The notes under the pieces were generated by a model. The model made no database searches and had not been told where the DNA came from. It was given only the letters and a program-made list of their open reading frames with translations. The translations under genes were made by a program, and so were the position numbers. This document shows, one piece after another, positions 1 through 11,212 of a stretch of 64,000 nucleotides of DNA; the first letter of the stretch is position 1, and every line of letters starts with the position of its first letter. Source of the DNA: Thecamonas trahens ATCC 50062 (lineage: Eukaryota; Protista; Apusomonadida); assembly GCF_000142905.1 (NCBI RefSeq), contig NW_013657676.1, forward strand, positions 372,001 through 436,000, in the 5' to 3' direction.

Positions 1-290
1 CTCAGAGGTGCCTCTACCAGAGTGAGGAAAGTGAGGCAGTGTCAACGATCAACGAGCGACGAAAATGCTGTCCACTTTCAGAGCCATTTGCTTGTTGATG
101 TAAGAGAGACCAAGTATGTAAGGAGAGAGAGCTCTGTTCTTCGTCGCTATCACTTCACCACACCCTCTACCCCCCAGATCTACTCTCACGTGAGCTCAAC
201 AGATGGTTTCTACTCTTGTGATTCGCTTCGATTTCGAATGCCAGGGAGGCGCCAAAGGCTGGACATCAGACACCAGCAGCTGCACTTTGA

Positions 291-1011
291 TCACGACTTT
301 GCCTTGTTCTCCTTCTTGGCGCGCTGCTTGGCGGATGGTCCCGGAAGCTTGGCAAACTCATAGGTGCCCTCGATCGTGGTGGCGTTGTTGTTCTTGCGGT
401 TCGGGAAGCACTCGATCTTAAACTTCTGCACCCCGCTCCTCAGTGGCAACCAGCCAGCCCGCATTGCCCGCCCCAAGCCGCGGCATCTCTCATGTGAGTC
501 CGAATCCGTGCATTGCTCTACCCTCTTCCTCCTCATCACCCGCTCTGCGCATCATCGCCTCGTCTCAGCCGCGTTTCGAAGCTCGCTCACGTACCTTCTT
601 GCCTTTGACTAGCAGCTCGAGCTTGACGCCAGCATGCTTTGAGTCACTGAGCGTCTCTTGAACCTCTATGGTGAACTTGTTTTGCCCGTTGATGAGCAGA
701 TCGGTGACGGCCTTGACATCGGCCACCTGCATGTGGCTGTTCTCTTCAAACAGCCGGTCATTGACCAAGATGCGGAACTTGGCATCGGTCCCCTCGTACG
801 ACAGCTCCGCCTTTTGCCCATCTACCCACAAATCCATCCCATCGTCAACACCTGTGAGCCTCTTGATCGGCCCCTCCACTCCCCCCCCCCCCCCTTCCCT
901 TCCACCGTTCTTCCGCACAACGGACTCTCACGCTCGGCACCCCTCCCCTCCCCCCCCCCCCCCCGCCCCACATCCGCACCTACCCGCAGCTTTAGACGAT
1001 CCACAACCCAT
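291..1011 (-). CDS. Small (139 aa) predicted N-myristoylated/palmitoylated protein of unknown function, 3 exons (1011-984, 851-595, 425-291)
   Basis: Manual splicing joins ORF fragments in frame: MGCGSSKAA-G|VDDGMDLWV...VKGKK|KFKIECFPN...KAKS*. Introns are GTAGGT..CTCACAG and GTACGT..GTGCAG. Exon total 420 nt = 140 codons. Confidence 0.7.
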
Positions 1012-1364
1012 GGCTATTCAATATCCCGCCCTCAAGCGCCAACAGAGTGCGGTGTGCTCTACGCCGGCGTGGTCCTCTCCCTCGGCCCTTTCCTGCTCCG
1101 CCGTGCTTGGTTTGGGGAAGGAGTGGGGGGTGCCACTCGCCGCCCCCCACAATTTTTTCGTCCTCCACCCCCCACCCCGGACGACCTTCGTAGATTCCTC
1201 CCTGCTCTGCGGGGCGGGTCGACGCCGATTTTCAGCGACAGACAGACGACGGCGAGACGGGGCGGAAGGAGTGCGGTAACAGCCCTCTCTTCCACCCCCC
1301 CCTCCTCACCCCCCCACGTCATCCTCCACCCCTCGCTTCTCTCTCTCTCTCTCTTACTCTGACT

Positions 1365-3368
1365 ATGGCAACCGCCCCCTCGGCCGCTCCGGCCGCGCCC
1401 CCTGCGCAGCAGACGCAGGTGGTGTGGGCGAGGATGGCGTCGTGGCCGGCATGGCCCGCTCTCCGGCTCGACGCTGTGGACGAGAACACGAACAGCGGCG
1501 AGGAGAGCAAGTGGCGGTGCGCGTTCTTTGGCTCGTACGACAACGCTGTCATCACCTCGCGCAACATCAAGCCCTTTGCCGCCACCGACGATGTCTTTGG
1601 CCCGGCGTCGGCGTCGACGTCCAAGTCCAAGAAGAAGCCGCGGAAGCGCAAGAAGCTGCTCAAGGCCCTGCGCGAGGCCAAGGAGTTCCTTGCATCGGGC
1701 ATTGTTCCACAAGTCATGAAGGTCCGCTACTTTCCTGAGCCGTCGCCGCCGCCTGCGTCCGCAACCGGTACGTCCGGCAGCAGCGGCCCCGAGTCGCTCG
1801 CAACCGGTGACGACGACAAGCCGGCCGAGAACGCGACAGAACCGGCCTTTACCCGATCCAAGGAAGACATGGAAGGCTTTGAACGCCGTCGCGCGTTCCG
1901 GCTCAAGATCATGAGTCGTCTCGGCCTCTCGGCCGTTGAAGAGGTGGTCGAGGGCGACTGGTGCTCGGATCTCATCCGCAAGCCGGGCCTCTCGGCCAAC
2001 GCGCTCTTCTCCTCGCCGCCTGCCGAGGTCCTTGGCCGCAAGCGCCGGCGCAAGAGCTCGGTCTCGCAAGTCAAGGGCGCTGACGACGACGGTGGTAAGG
2101 AAGACTCGCTAGATGACGACGAGTCGGACATTGTGCTCGAGGAGGACGACGACGGGCCGCCGGCCAAAAAGTCCAAGTCGCTCTCGGGCAAGGCAAGCAA
2201 GACCAAGGGATCCACCAAGAGCTCCAAGTCCAAGAGCTCCAAGTCCAAGAGCTCCAAGTCGAGCACGGGTAAGCGCAAGCGGGTGCTCATTCCGTGGACC
2301 AACGAGGAGTACGAGGCCATCAAGGCCGGTGTCCTCGCTTACCACGGGCCGGAGCGCGGCAAGTGGAACACCATCTACGACTCGATCAAGGACAAACTCC
2401 ACCCGACCCGCCACGCCGACCATCTCTCGCGCAAGTGGGCCACCTATCGCCGCGCCTTGGAGAGCGCTAACATTCCGGTCCCGCAGTTCAACATTGCCCC
2501 AACCAAGCGCGAGATTGCCGAGTCGGCCGGACCCACCATCCAGACGCTCCAGCTCTGGACGGAAGACGAGGTCATGAACCTCATCAATGCTGCCAAGATC
2601 GAGGCCGAGCCGCTCAAGCGCCGCTGGCACCGCGTTCTCGCCAAGTACGGCAAATGGTTCAAGCCCTTCCGCCGCCCTTCGGACCTCTCGCGCAAGTATG
2701 CCCGCCATCTCGCAAACCGCGACCGGACTGTCACCATCACTGATCCCGACACCGGCGCAGAGTCCGAGGTCCTCTCCGACGTCGCCAAGGCCTGCCTCGA
2801 GATTGAGGAGCGTGCCTCAAAGGTTACCACCCCGGTAACCTTTGGCGACGAGTTTGACGTCCCGGAGCTCCGCAACCGCCCTGAGCGTCGCAAGCCCAAG
2901 CCCAAGAAGAAGCGCAAGCCGGCCAACCAGAGCAACAAGGGCGACAACGGCAAGAACGATGACAAGAACGATGGCGACGATAATAACGACGATGATAGCA
3001 ATGGCGGCGGCAACGGCGGCAACGGCGACAGCAAGGTGGTCGGCAAGGTGGCTGACAAGGCCAGCAAGCCCAGCATTGCCAACACCATCCCTTCTGCATT
3101 CGCTCGCGCCGCCGCTGGCGCGATGCCGCCTGCCGCCAAGCCCGCCGCGCCCACGNNNNNNNNNNNNNNNNNNNNNNNNNNNNNNNNNNNNNNNNNNNNN
3201 NNNNNNNNNNNNNNNNNNNNNNNNNNNNNNNNNNNNNNNNNNNNNNNNNNNNNNNCCCCCGCCGCCCCCGCCCCCATGGACGTCGTCTCCACCACCGCCA
3301 TCGTGCCGCAGTCCTCGAACTCGAGCTCTGCCGCACCCATGGACGTGGCTCCTGCTTCGGCACAATGA
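1365..3368 (+). CDS. PWWP-domain protein with two Myb/SANT (TRF-like) repeats; C-terminus crosses an assembly gap
   Basis: VVWARMASWPAWPAL..CAFFGSYD is PWWP-like. WTNEEYEAIKAGV..GKWNTI..LSRKW and WTEDEVMNLI..RRWHRVL..DLSRKY are Myb-like. Lys-rich NLS-like tracts. Frame after the N gap is unverified. Confidence 0.75.
   Translation: MATAPSAAPAAPPAQQTQVVWARMASWPAWPALRLDAVDENTNSGEESKWRCAFFGSYDNAVITSRNIKPFAATDDVFGPASASTSKSKKKPRKRKKLLKALREAKEFLASGIVPQVMKVRYFPEPSPPPASATGTSGSSGPESLATGDDDKPAENATEPAFTRSKEDMEGFERRRAFRLKIMSRLGLSAVEEVVEGDWCSDLIRKPGLSANALFSSPPAEVLGRKRRRKSSVSQVKGADDDGGKEDSLDDDESDIVLEEDDDGPPAKKSKSLSGKASKTKGSTKSSKSKSSKSKSSKSSTGKRKRVLIPWTNEEYEAIKAGVLAYHGPERGKWNTIYDSIKDKLHPTRHADHLSRKWATYRRALESANIPVPQFNIAPTKREIAESAGPTIQTLQLWTEDEVMNLINAAKIEAEPLKRRWHRVLAKYGKWFKPFRRPSDLSRKYARHLANRDRTVTITDPDTGAESEVLSDVAKACLEIEERASKVTTPVTFGDEFDVPELRNRPERRKPKPKKKRKPANQSNKGDNGKNDDKNDGDDNNDDDSNGGGNGGNGDSKVVGKVADKASKPSIANTIPSAFARAAAGAMPPAAKPAAPTXXXXXXXXXXXXXXXXXXXXXXXXXXXXXXXXXXPAAPAPMDVVSTTAIVPQSSNSSSAAPMDVAPASAQ
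2216..2259 (+). repeat. 15-bp tandem repeat (aagagctccaagtcc) x3 encoding KSSKS
   Basis: Directly visible in sequence. Confidence 0.85.
3156..3255. other. Assembly gap (100 N)
   Basis: N run. Confidence 1.
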
Positions 3369-3386
3369 ATTCATTGCCCCCGCTCA

Positions 3387-5110
3387 TCACGACGACTTGC
3401 GGCGCCGCTTCTTGGTTGTCTTGGTCGTCTTCTTCTTGCGCCGCTTCTTACTCACTTTGGTCTCGCCGTCAGCATCTGACTCTGCGTCGGCCTTCTTCTT
3501 CCGCCGCTTCTTCTTGGTCGTCTTGGTCGTCTTGGTCTCCACCGTAGCCACATCGTCGGCATCCGACTCGACAGCCTTCTTCACCTTGCGCTTCTTCTTG
3601 GACTTCTTCTTGACCACCTTTCGCACTGGCGCTGAGGCCGAGCTGGAGGCCGAGGCCGAGCCGGAGCCGGAGCCAGAGCCAGAGCCGGAGCCAGAGCCAG
3701 AGCCGGAGCCGGAGCTGTAGCCCGAGCCGGCGTCCGAGTCCTCAAAGTCCAGCGAACTCGAGTTGGAGCTGGAGCTCCCGCGCGGCCGCGACTTGACCCG
3801 GATCGTGCCCTCACGGCCGATGTTCTCGGATGAGTCGTCCTCGTCATACACCTTGTTGAGCAAGTTCTTCGATTTGGCCTCGCGCTTCTTCATCGCCGCC
3901 AGCCGCTTGGAAGGCTTGCTCCGCAGCTTCTTGAGCCGCTTGCGGTCGGTGAGGAGCTTGGCGCACGTGTTGTGGTCAAGCTTGTTGGCCAGATCGGCTG
4001 CCGAAAACGCCTTGGAGCCGTACGCAAAGTCGAGCTCGCGCAGCTCGCCAGCCTTGTCGCGAACGTCCGAGTGGATGTGCCCAATAAGAGTCTTGGTCGA
4101 TGTGTCCGTCGTGTACACTGCAATCTCTTCCAGCGACGCCTCGTGGTTGAAGAGAACCGCAAGGTGCGCCGGCGGCGCATCCTTCACCGCGTACCGGTGT
4201 GAGACCGGCACCCCAAGCCGGTACACCTCCTCGGCAGGCGCCGTCGCCACAGACGGCTCGATCTTGAGCAAGTATGCCAGTGAGTCGACCCGGCCCCACA
4301 GCACGCACAGGTGCGCCACCGTTCCGTTGATCACCCGGCCCTGGGTCGCCAGCAGCCGCTCGCCGTTGGCCGCCGCGTGCACGTCCGCGCCAAGGCCCAC
4401 AAGCGTCTTCATCACAGAGTGCCGGTACAGGAGGACCGCAAGCTGCAGCGGCGTCACCTCGGTCGCCAGGTTGATCCCCACATGATACGAGACCCGGTAC
4501 GCCGCCTTGGCCCGCGCGTTCACGTCGCACCCCTTGCCCACCAGATACTTGACCATGTCCGGCTTGTTGTACAGCACAGCCAGATGCAGCAGCGTCCCCT
4601 TGTTCACCACATACTATTCATCCGTCACACACCACCCCAGTCTCGCATGTGAGCACCCAGTACCCTTCCTTCCCCCCCCACCTCCCCCCCTGTCTCACTG
4701 CAGCCACTTCCGCCTGCGGGCTTTTTTGCTCTTCCAACCAAACCTACCTCCTGAACTCGCTCCAGCCCGCAGTCCCAGTCGAATACCACCGCCACATCAC
4801 CACCACCATCACACCAGCTCGTCTGTGAGTCCTGCACACTATACCTCTACCTCCCCTTGCTTGCTACGCTTGCATCTTGTAGTCCTCACCCCCCCCCCCT
4901 CCCCCCCCCCCCCCTTCCCCCCTCAGTCCCCCCAACGGGCGGCCACCGAACACAGAGGCACCTTCCGCCGCTAAAGTCACCTACCGACAACTCGTGGTGA
5001 AGGGCAGAGGTGTAGCGGGTGGCACGCTTGCGCTTGGACGAGCAGTACTTCTTGAGAACCCACTTTTGCGAGCCCTTGATAGCCTTCTCGACCTCGGTCT
5101 TGACGCCCAT
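3387..5110 (-). CDS. Ankyrin-repeat protein with Ser/Gly and Lys-rich C-terminal tail, 2 exons (5110-4985, 4613-3387)
   Basis: GTLLHLAVLYNKPDMVKYLVGKGCDVNA, TPLQLAVL and PAHLAVLFNH are ankyrin repeats. Phase-0 intron GTAGGT..AATAG joins MGVKTEVEK..HELS to YVVNKG. Confidence 0.8.
3656..3715 (+). repeat. Hexamer microsatellite (gagccg/gagcca)n encoding (SG)n in the ankyrin protein
   Basis: Directly visible. Confidence 0.9.
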
Positions 5111-5312
5111 GACGCAGCGGAAGAGGTGTGTACCCAGTGTCGCCAGTCCGCAGCCGCCTGCTGCCCCCCCCGCCCCCTGATCGATCACCTTCGCGCCACC
5201 GATCGATCGACTTGCCGGCGTCGGTGATCGCCAACACCCCACGCCGACCCCGCCCTTGCCCCGACCGCCTCTCCGCCCCGCACCCCACGCCCCTGCCCCA
5301 CACTCCCACGGC

Positions 5313-7214
5313 ATGTTGTGGGTCAAACATGAGCTATTTGCCCATCAGCTCTCCTTCCTTCGAGAGCGCATTGGCTCGCTCAACAAGCTCCTGGACGTGG
5401 CACACTCGCTTCGCGCCGCTTGTGACCCCACGACGGCCTCGATCTCGTACGACCTTTTCCTGCTCCCCAACCCCCGCCCCCAACCTCTGCTCCCTCGCTA
5501 CTCACGCTCTCTCGCACCACAGGCTCAAAGACTGGCTCAAGCTCGCGCACAATGAGCTCAATCTCAAGCCGGACTTGGGGCTTGTCGCTTTTGATACCTT
5601 CCGGGTCCTCGCGGCGCCGCTGGTGGCCGTCTCGGCCGTCAATGACAGCGGGGCGTCGTCGTCGTCCGGCGGCGATGACGCTACCGCCGGCCTCCCGTCT
5701 GTCTCGCGGGTAGTGACCGAAGACAAGGTTGATGCCACGCTGTTTGTGCTCTTCCTTTTTGTTCAGCTCTACCACCCGCACATGCTCCGGTCGCAGCTCG
5801 TCGAGCGGGTGGAGAACTCGCTCCTCCGCTACGAGGAGCGGATGCAGACCGAGTGGGTCCGCGCCCACGCCCGCCATCTGGTCCAGCTCCTCATCCACGG
5901 CACCGCCGAAGACGTGCTCTTCCGCAAGCACCACAAGGCGCCCACAAACGACACCCTCTTCTCGTTCACCGCCATCCCTCTCGCCCGCACCGAGGTTGCA
6001 AAGCTCGCCCTTGTCCTCGGCTCGGGCTACGACCACTTCCACATTGCGCCGCCGTCGCAGTTTCTCGTCCCCACTACTCTCGATGCAACAGCTGCCGTCA
6101 TTGCCGGCCCTGCGCTTGTCAACTACATCACCGCTAACCTGACGGTCAACACCACGGCGTACCCGCTGCTCCCGCTCCGCCGCCGCCCGCTCAACGAGGC
6201 CGAAGAGACAGAGATCTACACTTTTGACAACATGCCCGCCGAGCCGGCCGTACCCTACACCGAGCACGCCTCTTTTGCCAGCGAAGAGCGGTACGAGTCT
6301 GCGCCGCCGCTCGTCTATCGCGACATTGCCAAGAAAACAATGGGCAAGGTCTCGGCCGGCCTCTGGTCGTCGTCGCTCCGCTCGCTACACATTGTGCGGT
6401 GCAAGCACCAGTACATGTACTTTCTGGGCCCGCACGACTACGTCACCATCTACGGCTGCAAGAACTTGACCATTGTCGTTGGCGCTGTCGCCAAGGCTGT
6501 CCGCGTGCAGCGCTGCGTCGGCGTCCGCCTCATCTGCGCCACCGCCGCCCTCACCGTCAAGAACTGTGTCAACTCGTCGTTTTACCTCTTCTCGCTCACT
6601 CGCCCGCTTCTCAAGGAAAGTCCGAGCGCCTCACCTTTGCTCCGTTCAACACACACTACCCGCTCCTTGGCGCACACCTTGAGCGTGCCGGCCTTGACCC
6701 ATCGGCGCCCAACAAGTGGAACGAGGTCATCTCGCTCTACTCGGCCGCCGCCGCAGACGCCGCCGCCTCACACGCCGAGCTGGCCTCTATTTCCGAGCGC
6801 GACGCGTCGACGTCGTTTGCCCTGCTCAAACCTGACAAGTTTACGCCGTTTGTCGTTCCGCTGCACATGGAGGGCGCGACGCGGAAGAACCCGTTCCCGC
6901 TTCCGCCCTCCTTTGCCGACGCCCTCGCCGCCCGTCAGGCCGAGATCGACTCGTTCCTTCAACTCATCTCCAACCCGCCGCTTCCCCTCGAGCAGCACGC
7001 AGAGTTCCAAAGCATCATGCACAAGCGCTTTCGGGAGTGGATGTCCAAGTCGTGTCCCTCGGCCCTCCGCGAAGTCCATCAGCTCCTCCTCGCTGCCAAC
7101 GTCGAGCGAGCCTCGCGCCTCCCGGAGCAGTCGGTCGTCTCGTATCCGTTGCCGGACACCGACCGCACCGACCGCACCGACCGCACTGACCGCACTGACG
7201 CCTCGCGCGGATGA
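5313..7214 (+). CDS. TBCCD1: TBCC domain-containing protein 1; intron 5447-5522; apparent 1-nt frameshift near 6616
   Basis: N-terminus MLWVKHELF..ISLKDWLKLAHNELNL resembles TBCCD1. FVLFLFVQLY motif. TBCC/CARP beta-helix (HIVRCKHQYMYFLGP..IYGCKNLTIVVGAV) continues in the other frame as LTFAPFNTHYPLL..NKWNEV..FTPFVVP. Confidence 0.85.
7158..7199 (+). repeat. 9-bp tandem repeat (accgaccgc) x4-5 encoding (TDR)n
   Basis: Directly visible. Confidence 0.85.
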
Positions 7215-7268
7215 CTTGCCTTTGCTGGCGATGCCCTGCCGGCGCAGCAGGTGTCCAACGTGTGCCGT

Positions 7269-10200
7269 TCACGGCGCCTGCAGCTTGGAGATGTACTGGA
7301 TCACCTTTTGCCGCGTCTTGCGGCCGAGATCGCCTGCTCCCGACGAGACCAGCCCGGTCAGCTGCTTCACCGAGTACTCGCCAAAGTGGTCCTTGATCCA
7401 CGGCATGATCTCGTGCTCCTGCAGGTAAAAGGCCTTGACAAAGCCCTCGACTCGCGCCATCCCAGGCAGCGGCGAGAGTCGTGTCAGCTTGGACAGCTCC
7501 GACCGGAAGACAGAGAGGTCCAGGAACATCAGCGCTCGACCCTCAATCGAGCACTTTTTCGTCGTCGCATACCCCTCGACAAGCATTGTTGCCATGCATT
7601 CGATGATCGATGCCCAGAGCTTGTCCTGGATCTCGCTCGGCACCACGGTCTCCGAGAGCGACGCAAACCGCGAAGCAAGCATCTGCGACTCGCGCGTCAG
7701 CAGGTTGACATATCCGTTGTGCTCCATGCCCACTTCTTTCGGACTAAAGTTGACCGAGTTGAGCGCTTGCCACGACGCGCTGAGGTCGATAAGCCGCGTC
7801 CCCACGTTGGCGTACATGTACTCGCGCAGCGGGTTGAGCTGCGCCACGCTCGTCTCGTAAAACGAGGCCACTGCCCCGCGCAGCTGCTTGTCCACAGACT
7901 CCTCCACCTGCGGCCGGACCTCGCGAAGTACCTCGCCTACAAACACCAGCGACTCAATGCCTACCACCCGCTCCGCCAGCCCGTACAGCGTCGTCGGCGA
8001 GCCGAGGTTGACAATCGAGCACAGCGAGGGCAGCGACTCGAGCGGGAGGAGGCCAAGCCCGCGGACAACAAACGCCTCCAGCCCGGCGTCCACCGCCGAA
8101 TCCGCACGCACAAGCGCTAACACGCGCGTCGTCTCGCTTTCCGGCGAGCTGCCGCTGCCACTCGCCACCGCTCGCGCCAGCAGCCCCGTCAGCGAGTTGG
8201 ACGATGACGATTTCGGCATCTTGCCCTTGCCTCCCTTGCTTCCCTTGCCCCCGCTGCCCGAGCTGCCCACGCCCAGCACGCCCGAGCCGTCGCCGGCGCT
8301 GTTGCTGCCGCCGCTTCCGGTCCCGTTGCCGCCGGCGTTGCCGCCGCTTGCGCTGGCGCCACTGCCGCTCTCGCCGGCGCCTGCCCCGCTCTCGCTCGCC
8401 GCACCGCCGGCCGTCCGTGGGTCGAGCGTAAGCTCGCGGACAAGGTCCTGCCCGCGGAGGCCAAACAGCTTGAAGACTGAAAACACGTAGAAGAGAAGCA
8501 GCTCCTCCATCCCGTTGAGCACCTCGCCCGAGCATGCCTGCAGCGCCGGGAGAAGGTGGGTGTACTCGGCGAGCGCGCGAAGGAGCGAGATGGTGGCTGA
8601 GCCGACCAGCGGTCCGCCGCGCTCGCCGGCAGCCACCTCGCCTCTGCCACCTGCATCGCCACTGGCGACGACGGAGGCGGCTTCGTCGACCGGCGGCGCA
8701 AGCGCACGGAATGGGTTGCCCTCCATCGCAAACCGCTCGGTCAACGAGAGACGGCCGCCGGTTGACGCTGTCGCCGTCACTGGGCGCGCCAGCACCGATT
8801 GACGTGGGCGAACAAACTTCAGGTCTGCCACTCCGTACGAGGCGTGGACCGGCCACCGCTGCCAGGTATCGTTCTCAAGAATGGTCTTGAGGTGGTCCAG
8901 CGCCTTGGCATGCGCCGTCTCAAAGTACGTCGTCGCAAACGCCCGGGTCGCCGCTCGCAGCGACCCGCACTTGGTCTCCGAGTACTCGTCGCCGATGACG
9001 GCGAGGCCAGTCGCCAGCTCGAGCGTGCCAAAAACAGCCGACGGCGGGAGAAGCGCCACGTTGGCCACTGACACAAACGAAACCACATACCGCTCCAGTG
9101 AGGCCCAGAGCTTGTCTGACCGCAGCTCCCGGAGCATCGCGCCCACGCCCACAATCAGCGGCATTTCCGGGGGAAGCTCACTGGCATCTGCGGCTGCGGC
9201 CGCCGCGGCCCTGTGCCATGACTCGACGGCAGAGTAGTTGTACAGCAGGTCGCACCCGCACGCCGCAAGCTCGCGGAGCGTCTCCACAAACGCGTCCTCG
9301 GGCACCAGCGCTGCAAGCTCCTTGAACTTGAACTTGGTCCGGTACATCCGCATCTTTTTGCTCGATACCTTGCCGTCGCGTGCTACCACAGAGAGCACCA
9401 CGTTGCGCGTCGCCAGCCGCACCGCATCGACCACAATCGAGCCAAGCGTCTTGACAGAGACCTCCTTGCCGGCCGCGGCGTAGCCCGAGAGTACTGCACC
9501 GTATCGCTCTGCATCAAACGAGACAAAGGCCTCGCGGATGGCGTCGCCCATCGAGACCACTGCCGCGTTGCGCGCGTTGGTCACTTGTGCTCGCAGGTGC
9601 GATGCGCACACCAGCGTCGGCGGCTCGCGCGCGGCCTGGTCCTCGACGGGGCTGTCATCGGCCACCTCGTCGCATTTGCCATTTTCATCTTCTTCTTCGT
9701 CGACTTTGTCCGCTTCCGCCACACGTGCTTCGGCTGCGTCGAGCGCCGCCAGGACCTCGTCTGCCAGCGTCACGGCGTCGGCAAACGCACCGAGCTCGAG
9801 CTGCGCGTCGATGGCGGCCGGCGCCTGCTCCAGCGACGACAGGACCGAGAGCAGGTCCAAGACGGCGGTAGCCGTCGCTTTGCACTCTACCGCCGAAGAG
9901 ACTGCCAGGCCCGAGGTAGTCAGGTTGTCGCGCGCGGCGCCCAGATTGCGGCGGCCGTTAGAGCAAATGACTCCTGCAAACTGCAGATCGGTCTCCACCT
10001 CGCGGACCCGCTGCATGCCCGAGACAAACGAGTCGTACGACTCTTTCAGCCGCGCGTCGAGTACACGTTGGATCCGTGCCAGGCCGGCGTCGAGCACAGC
10101 CTCCTGCTCCTCCAGCCAGTCCACAGGCACGGTCGAGCCGCGACCGCCACCAGGCAGCGACTCAAAGACATAGGCCAGCCCGTCCCGCCCGGTTTCAAAG

Positions 10201-10394
10201 AACGCCTCATCGACCTCAAAGTCCTTCGGCCGCACCAGTACCATCTCTGCGCCGTCCCCTTCGTCCTCACCCGGACCTGCACCCTCCGCAGGAGCTGCAG
10301 CCTCAGCCCCAGTCCCGACCGACGGCTCTGCCCCTGCCTCCTCAGTGCTCGTCCGCGCTCCAGGACGAGCCAGGGATGCGACCACAGTAGCCAT
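7269..10394 (-). CDS. VPS50: Syndetin / EARP complex subunit Vps50
   Basis: N-terminal Vps54_N-like (SYDSFVSGMQRVREVETDLQFAGVICSNGRRNL). LENDTWQ and YGLAERVVGIESL motifs. C-terminal LVEGYATTKKCSIEGRALMFLD..VEGFVKAFYL. Confidence 0.92.
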   Translation of the reverse strand: MATVVASLARPGARTSTEEAGAEPSVGTGAEAAAPAEGAGPGEDEGDGAEMVLVRPKDFEVDEAFFETGRDGLAYVFESLPGGGRGSTVPVDWLEEQEAVLDAGLARIQRVLDARLKESYDSFVSGMQRVREVETDLQFAGVICSNGRRNLGAARDNLTTSGLAVSSAVECKATATAVLDLLSVLSSLEQAPAAIDAQLELGAFADAVTLADEVLAALDAAEARVAEADKVDEEEDENGKCDEVADDSPVEDQAAREPPTLVCASHLRAQVTNARNAAVVSMGDAIREAFVSFDAERYGAVLSGYAAAGKEVSVKTLGSIVVDAVRLATRNVVLSVVARDGKVSSKKMRMYRTKFKFKELAALVPEDAFVETLRELAACGCDLLYNYSAVESWHRAAAAAAADASELPPEMPLIVGVGAMLRELRSDKLWASLERYVVSFVSVANVALLPPSAVFGTLELATGLAVIGDEYSETKCGSLRAATRAFATTYFETAHAKALDHLKTILENDTWQRWPVHASYGVADLKFVRPRQSVLARPVTATASTGGRLSLTERFAMEGNPFRALAPPVDEAASVVASGDAGGRGEVAAGERGGPLVGSATISLLRALAEYTHLLPALQACSGEVLNGMEELLLFYVFSVFKLFGLRGQDLVRELTLDPRTAGGAASESGAGAGESGSGASASGGNAGGNGTGSGGSNSAGDGSGVLGVGSSGSGGKGSKGGKGKMPKSSSSNSLTGLLARAVASGSGSSPESETTRVLALVRADSAVDAGLEAFVVRGLGLLPLESLPSLCSIVNLGSPTTLYGLAERVVGIESLVFVGEVLREVRPQVEESVDKQLRGAVASFYETSVAQLNPLREYMYANVGTRLIDLSASWQALNSVNFSPKEVGMEHNGYVNLLTRESQMLASRFASLSETVVPSEIQDKLWASIIECMATMLVEGYATTKKCSIEGRALMFLDLSVFRSELSKLTRLSPLPGMARVEGFVKAFYLQEHEIMPWIKDHFGEYSVKQLTGLVSSGAGDLGRKTRQKVIQYISKLQAP

Positions 10395-11212
10395 GCGTGT
10401 GTATGTGTTGACAATTAAAGGCTACGCTTGGGATGGGGTGGCTGTGGAGGGGTGTGGTGTGAGTGTGTGTGCGTGAGCGTGTGAGGGGGAACGGGGAGGG
10501 GGGAGGTCACGCAGTGTCGCCGGTCGTCAACCAGGCTGCGGCCCCCCCTGCCTGCCCCCCCCTCTCCCTCGACATGGGCGTGATCAACTCAATCCTGGCT
10601 CACTATACTCCTTCTTTACCGATGGCTGTCTCATAATAATGCCCCCCCCCCCCCCTCTCCCCCTCTCCCCCCTGACATACTCTGTGGCTCTATTCGTTTC
10701 TGATGAGGTCATGGCTGTGACTGGCGAGTGCGACTCGAATCACACTGGCCGAGTCTGGGTCGAATCGCCAGGCGAGTCGCCAACCGAGTCGCAAGGAGGC
10801 GACGACGCTTCGTGGAGAGCTTCCAGACGAGTTGCCACACTCCACCCAGACTCTCCCATCTACGCCACCTACTCTCCAACGCACACCCTAACAACGAGGT
10901 GAAGCGTGTTGAAGTACTTTGACAAACGTTGATCTGCCTCTTTGTTTCGTTTCGGCTTCTTTTCCCACCTCCCCCCTTCCCCTTATCCCTCCCTCTGCTT
11001 CGAACGCGTGGTCTCCAGGTTCGATCAACCTTCGCAGCGTTCCAAAGAAGTCCTCAATAGAGAGTGACCAAAACCCGGCGCGCATTTCCGACGCTCACGC
11101 GCAACTACTTTGCCAACGCAACCCGTGACCACGACGTCGCCGTTGTAGCAGTCATTGTTCTTGTCACTCTCATCATTATTGTCTTAGTACTCTAAGCCTC
11201 TCTTTGCTCTGC

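Noticed and set aside
10696-10900. CTGATGAG and repeated (C/G)GAGTCGC motifs; possible hammerhead or upstream exon of the 11213 gene
   Set aside because: Hammerhead core incomplete, and I could not build a consistent spliced frame
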